A DNA stretch of 10,006 nucleotides from Acidobacteriota bacterium (GTDB lineage: Bacteria; Acidobacteriota; Thermoanaerobaculia; Multivoradales; UBA5704): NCBI GenBank assembly GCA_040005235.1, contig JBDTZG010000113.1, positions 1 through 10,006 on the forward strand, in the 5' to 3' direction. The notes under the pieces are model-generated. The model was not told the DNA's origin, did no database searches, and was given only the letters and a program-made list of their open reading frames with translations. The stretch's first letter is position 1, and every line of letters begins with the position of its first letter. This document shows positions 1 to 4,672 of this stretch, one piece after another. The translations under genes and the position numbers were made by a program.

Positions 1-57
1 GGGATCTGTCGTCGTGGCCCGGACGGGGGGATTTCGCTCTCTGCCTGAAAGCCTTCC

Positions 58-70
58 ATGAGAAGGCCAA
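58..70. repeat. Right subterminal inverted repeat of the IS (atgagaaggccaa)
   Basis: Exact reverse complement of 1484-1496. Confidence 0.92.
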
Positions 71-74
71 CTTG

Positions 75-80
75 TGTCAA
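75..80 (-). promoter_or_regulatory. Outward-facing -35 box (TTGACA) just inside the IS right end, part of a predicted circle-junction promoter
   Basis: Perfect TTGACA on the minus strand, 17 nt before the outer edge of the IR. This is the position expected for IS1111-type junction promoters. Confidence 0.65.
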
Positions 81-96
81 GCCGCCGCGGCGGCTT
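79..96. terminator. Perfect 18-bp GC-rich palindrome (aagccgccgcggcggctt); possible terminator or 3' boundary of the IS RNA
   Basis: Self-complementary sequence between the guide-containing region and the right IR. It has only short T tails, so terminator function is uncertain. Confidence 0.4.
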
Positions 97-99
97 TCC

Positions 100-290
100 C
101 TACAATCTGTTCTCGGCTGAGAGCGGCTCCCCAAGCTTCCATTCGCACTGTCAGTGGACCGGTTCTGGGTCCCGTGCACGATGGGGTCCACCCCGCTGGG
201 CCCGACAATCTCGCTCTCGACCTTGAAGGCCAGGGGATCTGTCGTCGTGGCCCGGACGGGGGGATTTCGCTCTCTGCCTGAAAGCCTTTC
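100..290 (-). ncRNA. Putative bridge/seek RNA of the IS1111-type element (boundaries approximate)
   Basis: Non-coding region between the transposase stop and the right IR. It contains a match to the left target flank (208-219 = 1500-1511), a match to the right IS end (136-142 = 53-59), the complement of the left IS end (180-185) and the complement of the predicted right target half (233-240). These lie in internal loops of stems folded by hand. Confidence 0.8.
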
Positions 291-310
291 TTCGATCCTT
301 CGGAGCGGGC

Positions 311-1408
311 TTATGCTGCCTGCGCCAGGGGCCTCGCGTGCGCCGTTTTCCTTACCTGCTCCGTTCGTTTCGCTTGGTAGAACGGGTCGTACTCGGCCTG
401 GCCGGACCACAGGCGGTGCAACAGAACCGCAAGCCTGCGGGCCACCGCGATCACCGCCCGTTTCTTCGCCGCCCGCCCGCCGCGTTGCACCAGCGCCAGA
501 CCGTAGCGCCGCAGGTCGCAGTCCTTCCCGAACGGACCCAGGATGTACTGCGCCGATTGCACCAACAGACAGCGCAGCATCTCGTCGCCGCGGTGCGTGA
601 TGCCTTTTTCCTTCGAGGTCGCTCCCGACCGATCGCTGCTCGGCGCCAGCCCCACGTAGCCTCCCACCAGCCGGGAGCGCGCAAAGCGCTGCGGATTCTC
701 GATCGTCGCCACGAAGGCCAGGGAGGTGACAGGACCCACTCCGTTGACCTGCCGCAGCAGCGTCGCCGCAGGCTCCCTGCGGCCCACCTGCTCGACCTGC
801 CGATCGTACCGAGTCACCTCGGTGGCCAAAGTCTCGATGAGCTCCAAGAGCGGCTGCAGGATCGCCTTGAAGTCCTCGGGAACCTCGTCCTGGCAGCGAC
901 GCGCCCAACCGGCGCTCGTGCCCCGGGTCACGGGCTGTCCTCGTTTCTTCATCGTGCTGCGCACGTGATTGACGATCTTGGTGCGTATCTGGACCAGCAA
1001 CCCGCGCGTTTGCAACAGCGCCCGCTGCAGCTCGGCCCCTTCGCCGCGCAGCGTCACCGGCGACAGCAGCTTGGGATCCGCCAAAGCCAGGCGCGCCAAC
1101 AGCTGAGCGTCGACCCGGTCGCTCTTCTTGTGACCGTGCGAGATCAGACGCACCTGCCGGGGATTGGCAACGATCACTTCGTGACCCCAGGCGGAGAGCT
1201 GGCGAGCGATCCAGCTCGACTGCGGCCCGGCCTCCAGCGCGATGCGCACGGGACCCGTCCCGGAGAAGCGATGCTCCAACCCGGCGCGACCCGTCAGGAT
1301 CTTGCCGCTTTCGACCTCCTCGCCCTTGGCATCGAGACCACAGAGATGAATCCATCGATCCCCCAGATCCAGGCCCACCACCACCGGAGTTTTGGTAATC
1401 TTCGCCAT
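311..1408 (-). CDS. IS110-family transposase / RNA-guided bridge recombinase (365 aa)
   Basis: N-terminal RuvC-like DEDD motifs (VGLDLG, ALEAG, KKSDRVDA), VNGVGPVTS helix-hairpin-helix, and C-terminal catalytic Ser motif GLAPSSDRSG followed by GDEMLRCLL and AVIAVARRL. ATG at 1408 is preceded by a GGGAG RBS and is preferred over TTG at 1414. Confidence 0.96.
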   Translation of the reverse strand: MAKITKTPVVVGLDLGDRWIHLCGLDAKGEEVESGKILTGRAGLEHRFSGTGPVRIALEAGPQSSWIARQLSAWGHEVIVANPRQVRLISHGHKKSDRVDAQLLARLALADPKLLSPVTLRGEGAELQRALLQTRGLLVQIRTKIVNHVRSTMKKRGQPVTRGTSAGWARRCQDEVPEDFKAILQPLLELIETLATEVTRYDRQVEQVGRREPAATLLRQVNGVGPVTSLAFVATIENPQRFARSRLVGGYVGLAPSSDRSGATSKEKGITHRGDEMLRCLLVQSAQYILGPFGKDCDLRRYGLALVQRGGRAAKKRAVIAVARRLAVLLHRLWSGQAEYDPFYQAKRTEQVRKTAHARPLAQAA

Positions 1409-1483
1409 GGTCAATCTCCCTTTGGGCCCCGAGCCCGGAAACCAACGGTTGCAGCCCGTAATTTACGGGACTGCGTAGGGAGA

Positions 1484-1496
1484 TTGGCCTTCTCAT
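1484..1496. repeat. Left subterminal inverted repeat of the IS (ttggccttctcat)
   Basis: Exact reverse complement of 58-70, located about 75 nt upstream of the transposase start. Confidence 0.92.
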
Positions 1497-1501
1497 CCCA
1501 T

Positions 1502-1522
1502 CTCGCTCTCGCTCGGGATGAC
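1502..1522 (-). repeat. Left half of a REP-like palindrome (GTCATCCCGAGCGAGAGCGAG) interrupted by the IS
   Basis: Resembles the GTCATCC(C/T)GAGC..GCGA(A/G)GGATCT class of extragenic palindromes, as recalled rather than searched. The ATCCC arm lacks its GGGAT partner because the IS begins exactly there. It is intergenic, downstream of the helicase. Confidence 0.6.
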
Positions 1523-1587
1523 GAGGGGGGAGGACGGCTCGGTTTGTGTGTGTGTGGGGCTTGCCGACGCTGGAGGGGGGAAACGAC

Positions 1588-2793
1588 TTACCGCAACATC
1601 CGCCGTCGGATCGTCGTTTTCGGCTTGAGCTCCACCCACGGTTCCACCCCGGGCAGGGTGCAGCGGGGGATCTCAAAGCCCAGTACGCCTTCTACCTCTT
1701 TGATCGTCGGCTTGTCTTGCCAGGTGACGATCGAAGAGACCAGGCCAAGCATCGCTCCGCGGCCGGTTCGGCCGGCTCGGTGGATGTAGTCGTCGACTTT
1801 CTCGGGCAGGTCGAAGTGGATGACGTGCTCGATTTCCGGGATGTCGATGCCGCGGCCTGCCACTCCGGTGGCGACAAGGATGCGGGTCTTGCCTTCGCGG
1901 AAGCTCTTCAGCTCGAGGACGCGCTGGCCTTGGGTCAGGTCGGCGTGGATTCTTCCGACGCTGAAGCCTTCGCGTTCCAGGACCGAGGTCAGCCATTCGG
2001 CGTCGCTCTTTCGGCGGATGAAGATCAGCGTCCGACCGAGGTTCACGTGGAGCAGCGCGTGGAGGCAGGCTTTCTTGTCCTCGTCCGCCACCATGTAGAG
2101 CCGGTGGGTGAGGCCCGTGGCCGCGCCGCCTTCGGGCAGGATGTCCACCCGCAGCGGATCGGAGAGGAACATCTTGGTCAGGCGCTCGATCGGCGGCGGC
2201 ATGGTGGCCGAGAAGAGCATCGTGTGACGCTCCTTCGGCAGCAGGGAGAGGATCTCCTGCACCTGCGGCAGAAAGCCGAGATCGAGCATGTGGTCGGCTT
2301 CGTCGAGCACCAGCTCTTCGATCGCGTCGAGCTTGAGCGTTCGGCGCTCGATGTGGTCGAGCAGGCGGCCCGGGGTCGCGACCACCACGTCGGGACCGCG
2401 TTTCAGCGCTTCGAACTGCGGTCCCATGCGGACGCCGCCGATCAGGCAGGCGGTGTCGAGGTGCCGGTCCTGGCCGAACAGGTCCATGAACGCCTTGGTC
2501 TGGAGCGCCAGCTCCCGCGTGGGCGAGAGGATCAGACCGCGCAAGCCCTTGCCGTGCGAGAGCCTTTCCGCGAGCGGTAGGCTGAACGCGGCGGTCTTGC
2601 CCGAGCCGGTGGCGGCGAGGCCGATCAGGTCGCGTCCGGCGAGCGCGAGCGGGATCACTTCGGACTGAATCGGGGTCGGATACTGGAATCCGATCTGCTC
2701 GATGATCTTGAGGATCGGAGGGGAGAGCCCCAGGGACGAAAATGGCTTGTCGGTGGTGGCTACGGGATGTTGGGGTATGGCGAAACTCTGCAT
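1588..2793 (-). CDS. DEAD-box ATP-dependent RNA helicase (RhlE-like, minimal core)
   Basis: Q motif (GFQYPTPIQ), AATGSGKT, PTRELA, TPGRL, DEAD, SAT, RGIDI and HRAGRTGR. The start is uncertain (ATG at 2793 chosen; the ORF is open to 2814). Confidence 0.95.
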   Translation of the reverse strand: MQSFAIPQHPVATTDKPFSSLGLSPPILKIIEQIGFQYPTPIQSEVIPLALAGRDLIGLAATGSGKTAAFSLPLAERLSHGKGLRGLILSPTRELALQTKAFMDLFGQDRHLDTACLIGGVRMGPQFEALKRGPDVVVATPGRLLDHIERRTLKLDAIEELVLDEADHMLDLGFLPQVQEILSLLPKERHTMLFSATMPPPIERLTKMFLSDPLRVDILPEGGAATGLTHRLYMVADEDKKACLHALLHVNLGRTLIFIRRKSDAEWLTSVLEREGFSVGRIHADLTQGQRVLELKSFREGKTRILVATGVAGRGIDIPEIEHVIHFDLPEKVDDYIHRAGRTGRGAMLGLVSSIVTWQDKPTIKEVEGVLGFEIPRCTLPGVEPWVELKPKTTIRRRMLR

Positions 2794-2911
2794 TCGAGGC
2801 CATTTATAGAACAAATCGGTCGATCCGACAAGGAACCGGCAGACGCTCCGACAGCCAGCCCCCGGTCCTGTTTTGGGTTCGGTACCGGAGCGTCTCTACC
2901 GTCCCCAGGGC

Positions 2912-2917
2912 TATACT
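2912..2917 (+). promoter_or_regulatory. Candidate -10 element (TATACT) for the GNAT-aminotransferase operon
   Basis: TATACT in a GC-rich divergent intergenic region, 11 nt before ATG 2929. No clear -35 or SD sequence. Confidence 0.4.
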
Positions 2918-2928
2918 CAATGCCTGCC

Positions 2929-3492
2929 ATGAGCCTGATCGCCGCTCCGCCCGGTGTGATCTGGAAGCGCCTGACCGAGCCTTGGGAGCTCGATCAGGTG
3001 TATCGGCTCAACCACCGAACCTTCGCCGAAGAGATCCCGCAACATGCCGAACGGCCCGACCGCCGCCTGGTCGATGCCCGCTTGGCCGACAGCATCGCGT
3101 TCGTCGCTTTGGCGGAAGAGCGGGTGGTGGGGATGGTGGCGGTCTGCTCGAAGCGGCCGTTTTCGCTCGATAGTAAGGTGCCGGATCTCGACTCGTACCT
3201 GCCACACCACGTCCGGGCTTGCGAAGTCCGGCTGCTCTGCGTCGAGCCAGAACGGCGGCAAGGCGCGGTGTTCGGCGGGCTGCTGGGCTGCGTGATCGAG
3301 TACGGCCGGTCCGAGGGGGTCGATCTGGCGGTGATCTCCGGCACCGAGCGGCAGGCGAAGCTGTACCGTCATCTCGGGTTCCAGGCGTTCGGGCCGCCGA
3401 TCGGCACGCCCGAGGCTCCCTATCGGGCCATGTACGTCACTTGGGATGACCTGACGCCTTCGGCCAAGAAGCTCGGAGAAGGGGCGCCGTGA
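2929..3492 (+). CDS. GNAT-fold N-acyltransferase (N-acyl amino acid synthase / FeeM-like)
   Basis: ELDQVYRLNHRTFAEEIPQH N-terminal motif, CEVRLLCVEPERRQG acyl-donor-binding motif A, and LYRHLGF motif B. Start is ATG 2929 or 2920; the ORF-track start at 2767 overlaps the divergent helicase. Confidence 0.85.
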   Translation: MSLIAAPPGVIWKRLTEPWELDQVYRLNHRTFAEEIPQHAERPDRRLVDARLADSIAFVALAEERVVGMVAVCSKRPFSLDSKVPDLDSYLPHHVRACEVRLLCVEPERRQGAVFGGLLGCVIEYGRSEGVDLAVISGTERQAKLYRHLGFQAFGPPIGTPEAPYRAMYVTWDDLTPSAKKLGEGAP

Positions 3493-4586
3493 GCGACGTC
3501 TTGGACGACCGCGTCTCGTTTCTTCCAGGTCCCGTGCCGATGCACCCGGAGGTTTCGCGGGCGTTCGCCGGTCCGGCGATCTCCCATCGTTCCGCCGCGT
3601 TCCACGCGCAGATGGCCGAGGTGAAGAGGCGCCTTTGCGATCTCGTCGGCCTGCCGAACGTGCAGCTGCTGGTGGGTTCCGGCACGCTTGCCAACGATGC
3701 CGTCGGCGCCCAGTTGTCGCTCCTGACCGGGCGCGGCCTGGTGCTTTCGAACGGCGAATTCGGCGAGCGGCTGATCGAGCAGGCCGGCCGGTTCGGTCTC
3801 GCCTTCACCCCCTTGCGCTCCGAGTGGGGCGAGCCGTTGCCGCTCGACGAGGCGTCGCGGACCGTGGAGCCGATCGAATGGATCTGGGCGGTCCATTGCG
3901 AAACTTCGACCGGCGTATTGAACGACCTTTCCCGATTGGCGGATCTCGCTCGCGAGCGGGGGGCGAAACTCTGCGTCGATGCGATCAGCTCGGTGGGAAA
4001 CACCTCCGTCGACCTCTCCAATGCCTGGCTCGCGACCGCCACGTCGGGAAAGGGCCTCGCCGCGTATCCGGGTTTAGGTTTGGTGTTCCATCGAGAGGAG
4101 ATCGCGCCGTCTTCACGGCTGCCGCGCTATCTCGATCTGGGGCTCTGGGCGCGCGAGGACGGGGTGCCGTTTACCGCGTCGTCCAATCTGCTTGCGGCGC
4201 TTGGGTCTGCGCTGGAGATCGGCGGCAGGGAGGACGGACGGCGCGCGCGGCTGGCCGCCGATCTTCGACCGCGGATCGAGCGGATGGGATTTTCTTGCCT
4301 GGCGCCGGTGGAAACCGCGGCGCCCTGGGTTCTCACGCTGATCCCCCCCGACGGGACGAGCGCCTTCGCTCTCGGCGAGCGACTGGAGGCGGAGGGGTTC
4401 CTGCTCTCCTACCGCAGTGGCTACCTGGTGCGGCGCAACTGGCTCCAGATCTGCTGGATGGGGGAGCACGCCCCCGCGGCGCTCGACGCCCTGCTCGACG
4501 CTTTACGCGAGGCTTTGCGCGACGCTTTACGCGATAAACCGACGGCCGCCTTCGAACCGTCGGCCGTGCTTCAGGCGCCCGAATAG
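3489..4586 (+). CDS. PLP-dependent aminotransferase class V (serine-pyruvate / 2-AEP transaminase-like fold)
   Basis: FLPGP, GSGT, NGEFGER, VHCETSTG, VDAISS, and the Schiff-base Lys in SGKGL. GTG start overlaps the GNAT stop (GTGA at 3489-3492). Confidence 0.92.
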   Translation: MSDVLDDRVSFLPGPVPMHPEVSRAFAGPAISHRSAAFHAQMAEVKRRLCDLVGLPNVQLLVGSGTLANDAVGAQLSLLTGRGLVLSNGEFGERLIEQAGRFGLAFTPLRSEWGEPLPLDEASRTVEPIEWIWAVHCETSTGVLNDLSRLADLARERGAKLCVDAISSVGNTSVDLSNAWLATATSGKGLAAYPGLGLVFHREEIAPSSRLPRYLDLGLWAREDGVPFTASSNLLAALGSALEIGGREDGRRARLAADLRPRIERMGFSCLAPVETAAPWVLTLIPPDGTSAFALGERLEAEGFLLSYRSGYLVRRNWLQICWMGEHAPAALDALLDALREALRDALRDKPTAAFEPSAVLQAPE

Positions 4587-4672
4587 CCGGCGGTCGACGC
4601 ACCCCAGGCCGCCGCACTGTCAAACGCGCCGCTGATAGAGTCGCCCGGCCCGTTTTCTCGGAGGTACACCGC

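Larger units (their letters stand above)
1..288. repeat. Exact direct repeat of at least 55 bp (1-55 = 234-288), period 233 bp; first copy truncated by the window edge
   Basis: gggatctgtcgtcgtggcccggacggggggatttcgctctctgcctgaaagcctt is present identically at both positions. Confidence 0.97.
53..1503 (-). mobile_element. IS110-family insertion sequence, IS1111-type (subterminal IRs, non-coding RNA region 3' of the transposase)
   Basis: Transposase CDS bracketed by a perfect 13-bp inverted repeat (58-70 / 1484-1496). On the minus strand the left end reads AG-ATGGG-IR (7 nt outside the IR) and the right end reads IR-GGA-AG (3 nt plus a shared AG core at 53-54 and 1502-1503). This is the 7/3 geometry known for IS1111-type elements. 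The true right end may lie further out because of the duplication at 1-55. Confidence 0.9.

Noticed and set aside
1-288. Direct repeats as a CRISPR array
   Set aside because: The repeat is at least 55 bp with a 178-bp intervening segment, only two copies are visible, and there are no cas genes. It is better explained as a duplicated IS right-end module.
72-600. ORFs 72-281 and 154-600 (+)
   Set aside because: They are antisense to the IS RNA and transposase, have no RBS and show no recognisable motifs.
53-1503. Target-site duplication flanking the IS
   Set aside because: None is present beyond the 2-nt AG core, as expected for IS110-family conservative recombination.
1544-1556. Short (TG)n tract between the helicase and the IS
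   Set aside because: Too short and intergenic, with no evidence for phase variation or function.
338-2803. Long alternative ORFs 338-1789 (+), 1546-2580 (+) and 1673-2803 (-)
   Set aside because: These are shadow frames of the transposase and helicase, typical of high-GC DNA, with Arg/Pro-rich or antisense composition.
2767-2928. N-terminal extension of the GNAT ORF
   Set aside because: It overlaps the divergent helicase start and promoter region. Family-like sequence begins only after ATG 2920/2929.
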